Shown: positions 31,074 to 40,525, counted from the first letter of the stretch. The stretch: 64,000 bases of DNA from an uncultured Acidobacteriota bacterium (GCA_963716405.1 CAVQTI010000014.1:350885-414884); one strand, 5' to 3'. Made by a program: numbers and translations. Notes: generated from the letters alone by a model not told the origin.

Positions 31074-31194
31074 TTTCACCACAGCGATACGGAAGCAAAG
31101 AGACGCACTTAATTTTTGCCTTTTCGAAAAATGATCTTGATAGTTTAGTCCCTGCGTTTTTCTCTGTGGCTCTGTGACTCTGCGGTGCAAAACC
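31074..31194. repeat. Family B MITE-like element, both arms
   Basis: The left arm TTTTCACCACAGCGATACGGAAGCAAAGAGACGC faces the right arm GCGTTTTTCTCTGTGGCTCTGTGACTCTGCGGTGCAAAACC. It fills the ftsY-ribD spacer. Confidence 0.7.
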
Positions 31195-31198
31195 TGAA

Positions 31199-32357
31199 AT
31201 GCCTGATCGCGACATTGACGAACGGTTCCTCAGCCGAGCACTGGATCTGGCTCGGCAAGGCATTGGTTTGACGTCGCCCAATCCTTGCGTGGGGGCCGTT
31301 ATTGTGGACGCGAACGGCGTCGTCATCGGCACCGGCACCCACACCTACGAGGGCTTGAAGCATGCCGAAATCCTTGCTCTCGAAGAAGCCGGAGAAAAAG
31401 CTGACGCGGCAACTCTCTATATCAACCTCGAACCGTGCGCTCATCAAGGCCGTACCGCGCCTTGCGCCGATGCGCTAATCGCGGCCGGAATCTCCCGCGT
31501 CGTCGCGTGCATGCAGGATCCGAATCCGCTGGTCAGCGGGAAGGGGTTTGCCAAGCTTCGCGACGCGGGGATCAGCGTCTCCTGTGGCATTCTCGAGGAG
31601 CAAGCGAAAGCGCTGAATGAGTCTTTCGCCAAATATATTCGCCATCACACTCCGCTGGTGACGTTAAAGGCGGCGATGACGCTGGATGGAAAAATTGCGC
31701 CGCCTCCGATCCGTACTTCCAATCGTGCGGTTGGCAGGTCAAATCCTGGGGGATGGATCACCGGCGATGCCGCACGAGCGCATGTGCAGGAACTGCGTCA
31801 TCAGAGTGACGCGATTCTGGTCGGAGTCGGGACTGTGATTGCCGACGACCCACTGCTCACTGACCGCAGTGGCTATCCGCGCCGCCGTTCTCTGCTGCGC
31901 GTGATCCTGGATTCGCGGCTACGCCTGCCGCTCGATTCGCGCGTGGTCACGAGCGCCCGGGACGATGTTTTGATTTTGTGCTCCTTCGCGGAAGAGAAAA
32001 AGAAAAGACAATTACTGAAGCGTGGGGTTCGCGTGGAGCAACTACCCAGGGCGACATCGGACGGACATCCGGACATGTCCGCCATTGTTCGTTTTCTCGG
32101 CCAAATGGAAATCACTGGGCTGACTGATCGAAGGCGGCGCATTGGTTAACTGGGCCGCGCTGTCCGCCGGCATCGTGGACAAAGTGTTTTTCTATTACGC
32201 ACCCAAAATTCTCGGAGGCATAGGATCGATCCCGCTGGCAGGAGGCGCTGGATTCGCCAGCATCGGCGATGCCGCCTGCGTGAAGTCCGTCCGTCTGCAT
32301 CGCTTTGGCGAAGACTTCGCAGTCGAGGGATACTTAAAAGATCCGTATACAAGTTGA
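31199..32357 (+). pseudogene. ribD: bifunctional riboflavin biosynthesis protein RibD (deaminase/reductase), reading frame broken once
   Basis: The deaminase motif is HAEILALEEAG...LEPCAHQGRTAPC. The reductase domain continues in ORF 32142..32357. The frames join as ...EITGL|LIEGGALVNWAALSAG... around 32120-32130. Confidence 0.88.
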
Positions 32358-32362
32358 GGGCC

Positions 32363-32476
32363 ATTTCACCACAGAGGCACAGAGACACAGAGAAGGCAAG
32401 AAAGGGAAAACCATGCTACAAGAAAATTAAGATCTTCGATTTTTTCTGTGTCTCTGTGCCTCTGTGGTTAATGAAG
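32363..32476. repeat. Family B MITE-like element, both arms
   Basis: ATTTCACCACAGAGGCACAGAGACACAGAGAAGG faces TTTTTTCTGTGTCTCTGTGCCTCTGTGGTTAATGAA. It fills the ribD-ribE spacer and ends at the ribE Shine-Dalgarno sequence GAAGGAGG. Confidence 0.8.
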
Positions 32477-32484
32477 GAGGTCTC

Positions 32485-33130
32485 ATGTTTACCGGCATCA
32501 TTGAAGAAGTTGGGCGCGTCACCAGTATCAGCAACGAAGAGGGAAATCGTCGGCTTACCGTCGCCGCTTCGCATCTGGTTAAGGAATTGAAGAAGGGCGA
32601 CAGCATTGCGGTCAGCGGCGTCTGCCTTACGGCTGTAGAAATCACATTTGATTCGTTCGGTGCTGACCTGGCAGAAGAGACGTGGAACCGCACTTCATTC
32701 TCTCGCATTAAACGCGGGGGCGCTGGTCAACCTCGAACTACCGATGCGCGCCGACGGACGTTTCGGCGGGCACATTGTGCAGGGCCATGTCGACGGCACC
32801 GGCAAATTTCTCGCACTCAACGAAATTCCCGGCGCCGACAATTATTGGCTGCGCATCGAAATCCCGCCCGAATTAGCGCGTTACGTCATCTTCAAAGGCT
32901 CGCTCTCGATTGAAGGCATCAGCCTCACGGTGGCAAAAATCGAGGGAGCGGAGGTAACGGTGGCCGTTATCCCGCACACCACCGAGATGACCAATCTGAA
33001 ATCTCTCAAGCCCGGCGATCCCGTAAACCTCGAAGTGGACCTGATCGCCAAGTACGTCGAGAAAATGATTCGAGGCGATTCAGCGAACAGTTCGGTTACG
33101 ATCGAACAATTGGTGGAGCAGGGATTCTAG
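32485..33130 (+). pseudogene. ribE: riboflavin synthase alpha chain, reading frame broken once in a G5 run
   Basis: Starts MFTGIIEEVG. The second lumazine-binding repeat, GHIVQGHVDGTG...SLSIEGISLTV, lies in ORF 32648..33130. Removing one G of GGGGG 32716-32720 gives ...SRIKRGALVNLELPMR... Confidence 0.88.
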
Positions 33131-33146
33131 AAGCCTGAAGCCTGAA

Positions 33147-33941
33147 TCATACTTCCAACACCAGTTCATCCAGTGTCAAGAATTCCTGAATGATGGGCTC
33201 TTCGCATCTCTCCATTTCTGGATACGTGCCAAAGAAGAGCACCTTAGCCTCGTGCAAGAATACGATTCGGTCCGCCAGTTTCTGAGCCAATCGCATGTCG
33301 TGAGTAACAACCACGCTGGTCAGGTGCAATTGGGTTTTGAGCCGCTTAATCAAATCGCCCAGCAATTGCGCCATTAGCGGATCGACCATGGTGGTGGGTT
33401 CATCGTAGAGAACGCACTCCGGTTGGGCTGCGAGGGCTCGTGCGATGGCGACCGAGCGCTTCATCCCGGTAGATAAATCCGAGGGAAGCTGGTCGCGCAT
33501 TTCCTTGACGCCGACCATCTCCAACAACCCATCCACGATCTGGAAAATTTGGTCCTCTTGAAGGTCGCCGCGTTCGCGGAGCGGGAAGGCCACATTCTCA
33601 CGCACGGTCAGCGAGTCGAACAACGCGCCGTTCTGGAACACCATGGTGACTTTTTTGCGAATGCGCTGCAGGTCGGGCTCATCATAATCAGTGATGTCTT
33701 CGCGGGCCACGATGACGCGTCCTGCATCCGGCTTGAGAAAGCCCATAATATGTTGCAGCGTGACTGATTTCCCCACGCCGCTTCTTCCCAGAATGCACAC
33801 CGTTTCTCCAGCCTGCACATCGAAGCTGACGTGGTCGAGCACGCGATTCTCGCCAAAGGCCTTCGAGACCTCCTTAAATTCGATATAAGGTCCTTCTTGC
33901 CGGGTTTCGACTACGACGATTTCTGCGTTGATCGCAACCAT
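33147..33941 (-). CDS. ABC transporter ATP-binding protein, MlaF/Ttg2A-like
   Basis: Walker A GRSGVGKS, signature LSTGMKRSVAIARAL, Walker B VLYDEPT. The N-terminal IEFKEVSKAFGENRVLDHVSF is typical of the MlaF group. ATG 33941 is the likely start. Confidence 0.7.
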   Translation of the reverse strand: MVAINAEIVVVETRQEGPYIEFKEVSKAFGENRVLDHVSFDVQAGETVCILGRSGVGKSVTLQHIMGFLKPDAGRVIVAREDITDYDEPDLQRIRKKVTMVFQNGALFDSLTVRENVAFPLRERGDLQEDQIFQIVDGLLEMVGVKEMRDQLPSDLSTGMKRSVAIARALAAQPECVLYDEPTTMVDPLMAQLLGDLIKRLKTQLHLTSVVVTHDMRLAQKLADRIVFLHEAKVLFFGTYPEMERCEEPIIQEFLTLDELVLEV

Positions 33942-33991
33942 TTCAGAGCCTATTTCCGATAGTAAATGAAGCTGTGAGAGTTTTCCCGTTC

Positions 33992-34604
33992 TCACTCAAC
34001 GCCGGATTCGGGGTTCGAACTCCGTGCGTCTTCTAAATCATCCGGAGTGTTCAAATTGCGGAACATCTGCGACGAGAAACCACCGCGCATCAACTCTTGT
34101 TCCTCAATCACGCAAGTCCGGATGTTCGCGAATAGCGAATCGATCTTGTTTCTTCCGCTTGCGCAAAGACTCTTCCGCCACCTCAGCAAATGCACGCCGA
34201 TAGACCGCGCAAAGTGGCTGCAAGCCTCCGGCAGCGCGCGGCAATGTAACCATTGCCTGACACTCACGTGCACGCGCCAGCAAATATTGGAGAAAGTTCG
34301 CGTCCACAAAAGGCAGATCAACCGCTAGCATCAGATTCAACTCGGTGGAGGAAGTTGACAGAGCCGCGTGGATGCCGCCTAACGGTCCCCGATCACGATA
34401 GACGTCTTCAACCACTTCTCCAAAGACCGAGAATTTCCCGGCATCCCCGACAATCTTGACGTCACCAGTGACAGCACCAGCCAGCTTCAATGCGTGTGCC
34501 AGCAGCGTCTCGTCTCCTAACTGCAGAAAAGCCTTATCGCTCCCCATTCGAGAACTCTTGCCGCCAGCCAGAATGAAAGCCGTAACGTCGAGCGCACGCA
34601 TCAC
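33992..34604 (-). pseudogene. mobA: molybdenum cofactor guanylyltransferase MobA, reading frame broken once
   Basis: The N-terminus reads ILAGGKSSRMGSDKAFL ... GPLGGIHAAL (ORF 34104..34604). The C-terminal FRNLNTPDDLE motif lies in the frame of ORF 33992..34321. The frames join if one T of TTT 34149-34151 is dropped. Confidence 0.75.
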
Positions 34605-34640
34605 GCGCTGATCATACCTGTAATTCGGACATCCAAAGAA

Positions 34641-35012
34641 TCAAAGCAGCACCAGGGTGATTCCCTTATTGCCGCGGCCGACATCGCTATCGAGGACCAA
34701 CTCCGGAAGTTTAGCGAAGATCAGCTTGCTGCGTTCATCGAAACTCGACCAGCTTTCTCCATTGACAAATGCTGCAATCTCGCCTTTTTCTTTGCGCTGC
34801 CGCAAGTACCCGCGAATGGCAAAGCGCAATACGCCGCCTGCGCCGGACGAGCCATAACCATGGATCACTTTCAGGGCGGCGACGCCGTCTTTTCGCGCCT
34901 TTGCCAGCGCCGCTTCCAGCTTCTGGTAAGCCTGATCGCGGGTTGGAAATCCCTCTTCGAGATTGACGATCCGTATCCTTGATGACATAGCATTTGTCGG
35001 ATTAGACACCAT
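34641..35012 (-). CDS. Smr domain protein
   Basis: 123 aa. LKVIHGYGSSGAGGVLR is the Smr-type motif. Confidence 0.65.
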   Translation of the reverse strand: MVSNPTNAMSSRIRIVNLEEGFPTRDQAYQKLEAALAKARKDGVAALKVIHGYGSSGAGGVLRFAIRGYLRQRKEKGEIAAFVNGESWSSFDERSKLIFAKLPELVLDSDVGRGNKGITLVLL

Positions 35013-35289
35013 ATAGCAAGGCGGTCTTTAAGACTGTCGAAATCACATTACATTCTTTGAGAATTGGCGGGGTAGCTCAATGCATTATGAGAGAGCGGCA
35101 CTCTTGAGTGGAGTAAAGCAAACAGGCAGCATACTGGATCTGCGCTCGATTGAGAACTACTGCTGCAGCCCCAATAACAGGTCGTGAATGGAAAGGGGCG
35201 GTGGCATGATCAGAGCTTCTCCCAGACGAGTTCCGGCTGTCATGATCGAGGGATGCCTGGTGCCAGCAACTTCTTGCGAATCGTCGCTG

Positions 35290-35874
35290 CTACTTTGTCG
35301 CGGCCGCGCTTTCTTTTTGGTAGACCGCGCTCAACGTGCCCTTGCTCTTCGCGATCGGCAGCAGGGTTGGATAGAACTGGACAAAAGTCGTATCAACCGC
35401 CCCATGAGACGCGTGGCACTTATAACAGTTCGCTTCCACTGGAACCATGGTCGCAAGCTTCTTGTCATCGAATCCGAAAAATGCCCATCCCCCGGAGAAG
35501 CGTGCCGTGTCCTTTACATGGACTTCGAGGCCCATGCGCTCGGCGCCCTGGTAATTGCCTTTCTGGTTGATGGAGCCCTTACCCTCGGCCATGCGCGCCT
35601 CGAGCACCAGCAAGGTCTTGTCCGGCCATGTCCCGGTCTCGACAAAAGCCTTGTAAGACGCGGGATCGACAAAGACATTGTCGAACATGTGATGGCCCGG
35701 CACTTGCAATCCAGGGTTGTAACTCATATCGAATCCGGAAGTGAGATAGATCCACTCGCGATAGTTCTCGGGCAGCTTCAACTGGCCGTCAGCCGTATAG
35801 TCCGGTCCTTTCGCGGCTTGACCCGCGGCCGTCCACGCACAGAGAAGCAAACCGCTGAATAGCAAAGTTTTCAT
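35290..35874 (-). CDS. cytochrome P460 family protein (periplasmic monohaem)
   Basis: From ATG 35874 the protein has a signal peptide (MKTLLFSGLLLCAWTAAGQA). Family landmarks are LPENYREW, VDPASY, WAFFGF, a haem site CYKCH near the C-terminus, and FVQFYPTL. Confidence 0.8.
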   Translation of the reverse strand: MKTLLFSGLLLCAWTAAGQAAKGPDYTADGQLKLPENYREWIYLTSGFDMSYNPGLQVPGHHMFDNVFVDPASYKAFVETGTWPDKTLLVLEARMAEGKGSINQKGNYQGAERMGLEVHVKDTARFSGGWAFFGFDDKKLATMVPVEANCYKCHASHGAVDTTFVQFYPTLLPIAKSKGTLSAVYQKESAAATK

Positions 35875-35989
35875 TTCAGTCAGCATATGAGGAGTATCTA
35901 TCTTGCCTGCTTCGAGCGCTAGTCCGGTTCCTGCACTGGAAAGGCTACTGGCTGCATTATTGTGGCGACGGAAGCGGAGGCTCGGCAAA

Positions 35990-36496
35990 TTACTGCTTGC
36001 GCGCGAGATGGTACACCATATCCGTGTCCTTGCCATTCTTCCGCCAGGTCCAGCGTTCCGTGATGTGGTCCTTGTCTTCGAAGTCCAGCACCATCTTGTG
36101 CTCATGCCCAACCGCGATGCTGGGGAGATTGCCGGCGCTCAGGAAAGTGAAGGTCAACTGCTTTACGTCCGCGGAGGATGGCACTGCGCGCATATGCGGT
36201 TGATTGTTGGTGGGGCAATAGTGCAGCAAAGAAATCCCGTCACCGTCGACACTGTAAAGCGTAAGCATCTCCTCCATGCCAGAGGCATTGAGCGTCTCCA
36301 TCACGACCGTGTTCGAGATGGCCAGTTTAAAATTGCTTTTTACTTCCGCACCCTGGTCGTCTTTCCCCACCCAATCACCCGCAAGATTCGCTAGCTTCTT
36401 ATAGGCTTCTGGAGCGAAGTTCGACTGCTTTTGTGCGGAGATTGAGATGGTAAGCACGATGAAGGCGCACAGAACGCGAATGGTATGCTGAATCAT
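35990..36496 (-). CDS. hypothetical secreted protein
   Basis: From ATG 36496: 168 aa with a signal peptide (MIQHTIRVLCAFIVLTISISAQ). No family recognised. Confidence 0.5.
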   Translation of the reverse strand: MIQHTIRVLCAFIVLTISISAQKQSNFAPEAYKKLANLAGDWVGKDDQGAEVKSNFKLAISNTVVMETLNASGMEEMLTLYSVDGDGISLLHYCPTNNQPHMRAVPSSADVKQLTFTFLSAGNLPSIAVGHEHKMVLDFEDKDHITERWTWRKNGKDTDMVYHLARKQ

Positions 36497-36741
36497 TGTC
36501 GGAGTCTCCCTATCTCGAGTCTCAAGCCCGGCGCCGTCCTGTATAACATCACAAATCGTAAGCGTTTTGGGCAGCCGACATCTCTGGGTAGAGACGCCAG
36601 CCTCACAACTTTGGTTAGCGACGGATAATTTCCCTTCAACTGAGCGAGTTGGCATCCATAAATTAGCAATGAACGCAAGCACGTGAAGTGTCTATCCAGT
36701 AGAGTCCCAGCGCCAGACCACCAACTGCAGGGGACCAGCCA

Positions 36742-37884
36742 GTGGCTGCATTTCTACGTCCGCTGGCCCGCGCTGGGAGTTACTATTCACGAGTGAGCCT
36801 GGAACGCCTTGCTTCCAAGTCGCAGTGGTTCTGGATCGCTTCGATCTGGCTGGGTTTCGCGCTCTTCGACGCCACCCAGACGGTATTTGTCATGCGCTCG
36901 GAAGGCATGCACCACGCCTGGGTTCGCCTGTTCATTACTCTGCTCGTGGGCTGGTTGCCGTGGGCATGCGCAACGCCGCTCGTCCTGCGCCTCGGCCGAC
37001 AATACCCGTTGGCGGAATGGACGCACATCTCTACCTGGGCCATTCACGTTGCAGCCTGTCTTACGATAGGTCTGGTCTACGCCGCGTGGAGAGGTTTGTT
37101 CGAAGCGCTGCTCAACCCTTGGGCCAATCCGACTCCCATACCCTTCGAATCGGCCTGGCTTAAAGAGTTCGAAAATGGCCTGCTGGCGTATTTCATTCTT
37201 TACGGCACGGTCCTTGCCGTGGGTTCGATGCTGGACTCGCGCGAGCGCCTGGCTCAACAACAAACGGAGGCCGCTCGTCTTAGTGAACAACTCTCTAAAG
37301 CCCAACTCAGGGCACTTCGCCACCAGATCGAGCCGCACTTTCTGTTCAACACCCTCAACGCCATCGCCGGACTGGTCCGGGAAAATCGTAATGACGATGC
37401 GGTCAGCATGATCGCAGGCCTCAGCGACTTCCTGCGCCGTATCCTCAAGGACTCCCACCGACAGGAAGTGCCCCTGGCCGAGGAAATGGATTTTCTTCAA
37501 AGATATTTGGATGTGCAGAAAGTACGCTTCGCCGACCGGCTTCAGCTTTCTGTGGATGTCCCGCACGAATTGCTCGTCGCGCAGGTACCGAATTTAATTC
37601 TGCAACCGATGGTCGAGAACGCCGTCAAACATGGCATCGCGAAGCGCGCTCAGGGTGGAACCATTCGTATCCGCGCCTCGCGCCTGAATGCCATGCTCAC
37701 ACTCAGCATTTTCAATGATGGCCCCAGCCTGACGGCGGATTGGGAGACAACCGGTTCCGGCATCGGCATCTCGAACGTGCGCACGCGGCTGCGGAGTCTC
37801 TACGGAGACTCGTTCGATCTGCGCCTCCAGAATCAAGACAACGGCGTTGAAGTCTCAGTCTCCGTGCCCTTCCGGGAGGCCTGA
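36742..37884 (+). CDS. LytS/YehU-type sensor histidine kinase
   Basis: 380 aa with N-terminal TM helices. It has a His_kinase (PF06580-type) box, LRALRHQIEPHFLFNTLNAIAGLV, and an HATPase N-box, ILQPMVENAVKHG. Confidence 0.85.
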   Translation: MAAFLRPLARAGSYYSRVSLERLASKSQWFWIASIWLGFALFDATQTVFVMRSEGMHHAWVRLFITLLVGWLPWACATPLVLRLGRQYPLAEWTHISTWAIHVAACLTIGLVYAAWRGLFEALLNPWANPTPIPFESAWLKEFENGLLAYFILYGTVLAVGSMLDSRERLAQQQTEAARLSEQLSKAQLRALRHQIEPHFLFNTLNAIAGLVRENRNDDAVSMIAGLSDFLRRILKDSHRQEVPLAEEMDFLQRYLDVQKVRFADRLQLSVDVPHELLVAQVPNLILQPMVENAVKHGIAKRAQGGTIRIRASRLNAMLTLSIFNDGPSLTADWETTGSGIGISNVRTRLRSLYGDSFDLRLQNQDNGVEVSVSVPFREA

Positions 37885-38628
37885 TTGGTGCATTCGGAAT
37901 CGATAACCCCAAGATTGCGCGCGCTCGTGGTGGACGACGAACCGCTTGCCCGCGCCAACCTCACCGTACTTTTGCGGAAGGATCCAGAAATCGCCGAGGT
38001 GCGCGAATGCGGCTCGGGCGCAGAGGCGGTGGCGGAGATTCGATCCAGCCAGCCCCATCTGGCGTTCCTCGACGTTCAAATGCCCGAATGCGATGGCTTT
38101 GACGTGCTCGAACTACTGGGAGCGGACATGCCTCCTGCCGTGGTCTTCGTCACCGCTTACGATCAATATGCCTTGCGAGCTTTTGAAGCGGGTGCGCTCG
38201 ACTACCTGCTGAAGCCTTTCGATAACGCCCGCTTCGAGCGAGCCCTCAGCCGCGCCAAGGAAAGAATCACTAACGACCTGAAGCAGCCCCGCAAAGTGGA
38301 TCGCCTCGTTATCAAGAGCGCTGGGCGAATTTCCTTCGTCAAGCCCTCGGACATCGATTGGATCGAAGCCGCCGATTATTATGCGTGCCTGCATGTGGGT
38401 GGGAAATGCCATCTTCTGCGCCGCAGTCTCTCTAATCTCGATCAGGAACTGGACCCGACTATTTTTTGCCGGATCCATCGCTCTACCATCGTCAATCTCG
38501 ATCGCGTGCGCGGGCTCAAGCTGAACGCCGATGGCGACTACGATGTGCTCCTCGATCATGGAATCAGACTGTGCCTGAGCCGCCGATACCGAAAGCAACT
38601 GCAGTGGCGTATGGGCCTTCGCCGCTAG
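37885..38628 (+). CDS. LytTR-family DNA-binding response regulator
   Basis: 247 aa. The receiver domain shows LVVDDE and LAFLDVQMPECDGF. The C-terminal LytTR domain contains IDWIEAADYYACLHVGGKCHLLRRSLSNL. It starts immediately after the kinase stop. Confidence 0.88.
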   Translation: MVHSESITPRLRALVVDDEPLARANLTVLLRKDPEIAEVRECGSGAEAVAEIRSSQPHLAFLDVQMPECDGFDVLELLGADMPPAVVFVTAYDQYALRAFEAGALDYLLKPFDNARFERALSRAKERITNDLKQPRKVDRLVIKSAGRISFVKPSDIDWIEAADYYACLHVGGKCHLLRRSLSNLDQELDPTIFCRIHRSTIVNLDRVRGLKLNADGDYDVLLDHGIRLCLSRRYRKQLQWRMGLRR

Positions 38629-38735
38629 CCTGACTCCTTAAAGGCGGCATCCCGTCGGGCGGCGTTAACTGCGGCAAGCAGCTTGGCGGGCAACACGAAA
38701 GTAACCTACACAAATTCACGCCGCCGTTAGATGAT

Positions 38736-39329
38736 GTGTCATCCGGCGATTGTATGCCGGAAGACCCCATGCCTCAGAAGTTATTGGATGTCCTTATGTT
38801 AGGCCGCTGCTCCCACGAGTTTTCCTGGCCCCGGCGAGGCGCTGATGGCCAGTTTTACCAGGTTTGCCTGCTGTGCGCTGTCGAGTACAGCTATGACTGG
38901 ACGACCATGCGGCGTACCCAGCGGGTCGACCGCAGTCCTGATACCGCCGAGGCGGAGGGCAGCAGCACGCGCCGCAGCCGCGGCCGCACTCGCAAGCCTA
39001 CGTGGGTGCCGCGCGCGCGACGCCTAAAAGTCGATACGCCGGTGCGTTACCGCGTGAAGAATCTTGGCAGTTGGTATGAAGGCACAATTGCCAACCTCAG
39101 CCAGTCCGGCGTGCTGCTCCTTGGCCCGCAGCGTTTTCCCGATAACACGCTGGTGGAAATGGTTTTTGAGATGCCGGAGGAAATTTCCGGCCAGAAAAAC
39201 AGCACCGTGCTCTGCCAGGGACGGATTACCCGGACCAAAGAAGATTCAGCAGAAAAGTCGACAGACAAAGTCGAAATGGCGAGGATCGCAGCCAGCATCC
39301 TCGATTACAAATTCCTGCACCAAACTTAG
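38736..39329 (+). CDS. PilZ-like domain protein with Cys-rich N-terminal region
   Basis: The C-terminal half reads RRLKVDTPVRYRVKNLGSWYEGTIANLSQSGVLLLG, which contains the NxSxxG half of the PilZ signature. The N-terminus contains CSHEF...CLLC. The start codon is uncertain. Confidence 0.5.
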   Translation: MSSGDCMPEDPMPQKLLDVLMLGRCSHEFSWPRRGADGQFYQVCLLCAVEYSYDWTTMRRTQRVDRSPDTAEAEGSSTRRSRGRTRKPTWVPRARRLKVDTPVRYRVKNLGSWYEGTIANLSQSGVLLLGPQRFPDNTLVEMVFEMPEEISGQKNSTVLCQGRITRTKEDSAEKSTDKVEMARIAASILDYKFLHQT

Positions 39330-39451
39330 TTTTGCCCAAACCGTCTCGCGTAAACTTCGGTAACCAAATGTATTCTCACAATATTTTTCGGAAATTTCCA
39401 TTTACCATGCATCTAATCGGTTTAGATCCGATCCACAATCAGGAGTGTTTT

Positions 39452-40501
39452 ATGAAGGCGAGGCTATCTCTCTACCTCAGCGCGTGTATCTTGCTCATTG
39501 CTTCAGTGACGCTCGGCTGCTCCAAGGCTCCTGCGGACGCGCAGATTGCCACCGATATTCAGAACAAACTGAACACCGATTCCGGACTTCAGGGCAAGCA
39601 ACTGATCGTGCAAGCGGATAAGGGAAGCGTCACGCTTTCCGGCGAAGTGGACAACAATGCGCAGCGCGATGCTGCTGCCCGCTATGCCGCGAGTGAGCCG
39701 GGGGTAAAGCAGATCGTAAACAATTTACAAGTCGCGCCGCCACCGCCGATGCAGGCTCAAGCTCCGTCGCCTCAGCAGCCCAAGCCTTCTGCGACGGAAA
39801 AGCATCGGCGCAAGGAGTCCAGGGATAGGGAACATCATTCCGCCGCGGCTCCAGCGGAGGTAGCGCAAATGCCTCCCGCGCCGGCAGCGTTGCCGCCAGC
39901 TCCCACGGCGCCCATAACACCGCCGCCACCACCGCCCCCGCAGAAGGTGACCATTCCTTCGGGAACAAGTTTGTCGGTGCGCTTGGTGGATGCAATCGAC
40001 TCAGAAACTGCGGCTCAGGGCCAGACTTTTCACGCTACGTTGAACTCGCCTCTCGCAGTCGATGGCGCCATGGCCATCCCAACCGGATATAACGTCGAGG
40101 GCCATGTCGTGAGCGTGCAGAGTGCGGGCAAGTTTTCTGGACAGTCGCTGCTGGTGCTGCAACTGGATCGCATTTCGGCAGCAGGAAACATTTACAACAT
40201 CCAAACCGATCAGTACAAGAAGCAGGGAAGCTCACGCGGTAAGAACACCGCTGAGAAGGTGGGCGGCGGCGCCGGAATTGGAGCCATAATCGGCGCGCTC
40301 GCCGGCGGCGGTAAAGGCGCGGCGATTGGAGCGGCTGCTGGCGGCGGCTTAGGAGCCGGAGCCCAGGGCATCAGCCACAGCCAGCAGATCAAACTGCCGT
40401 CCGAAACGGTGTTGACTTTTACCCTACAAGCGCCGCTGACGGTCACTCCGACGACCCAGGGGCCGAACGCAGACCGTCAGACCTTGAAGGCGCAAGAGTA
40501 A
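39452..40501 (+). CDS. BON-domain lipoprotein with Pro-rich linker and Gly-zipper tail
   Basis: ATG 39452 follows an AGGAG. It has a lipobox (LGC), a BON domain (IQNKLNTDSGLQGKQLIVQADKGSVTLSGEVDN) and a C-terminal tail GGGAGIGAIIGALAGGGKGAAIGAAAGGGLGAGA. Confidence 0.7.
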   Translation: MKARLSLYLSACILLIASVTLGCSKAPADAQIATDIQNKLNTDSGLQGKQLIVQADKGSVTLSGEVDNNAQRDAAARYAASEPGVKQIVNNLQVAPPPPMQAQAPSPQQPKPSATEKHRRKESRDREHHSAAAPAEVAQMPPAPAALPPAPTAPITPPPPPPPQKVTIPSGTSLSVRLVDAIDSETAAQGQTFHATLNSPLAVDGAMAIPTGYNVEGHVVSVQSAGKFSGQSLLVLQLDRISAAGNIYNIQTDQYKKQGSSRGKNTAEKVGGGAGIGAIIGALAGGGKGAAIGAAAGGGLGAGAQGISHSQQIKLPSETVLTFTLQAPLTVTPTTQGPNADRQTLKAQE

Positions 40502-40525
40502 GTCAGTAGTCGACTTCAACCAAGA

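Noticed and set aside
31072-31198. Expected FMN (RFN) riboswitch upstream of ribD
   Set aside because: The spacer is occupied by a Family B repeat and I could not find the conserved RFN core by eye. It needs an Infernal scan to be certain.
35066-35100. tRNA-like 5' segment GGCGGGGTAGCTCAAT...
   Set aside because: It matches only an acceptor/D-arm-like start. No anticodon stem or GGTTCGA-type T-arm follows, so it is not a tRNA gene. A tRNA remnant cannot be shown from this alone.
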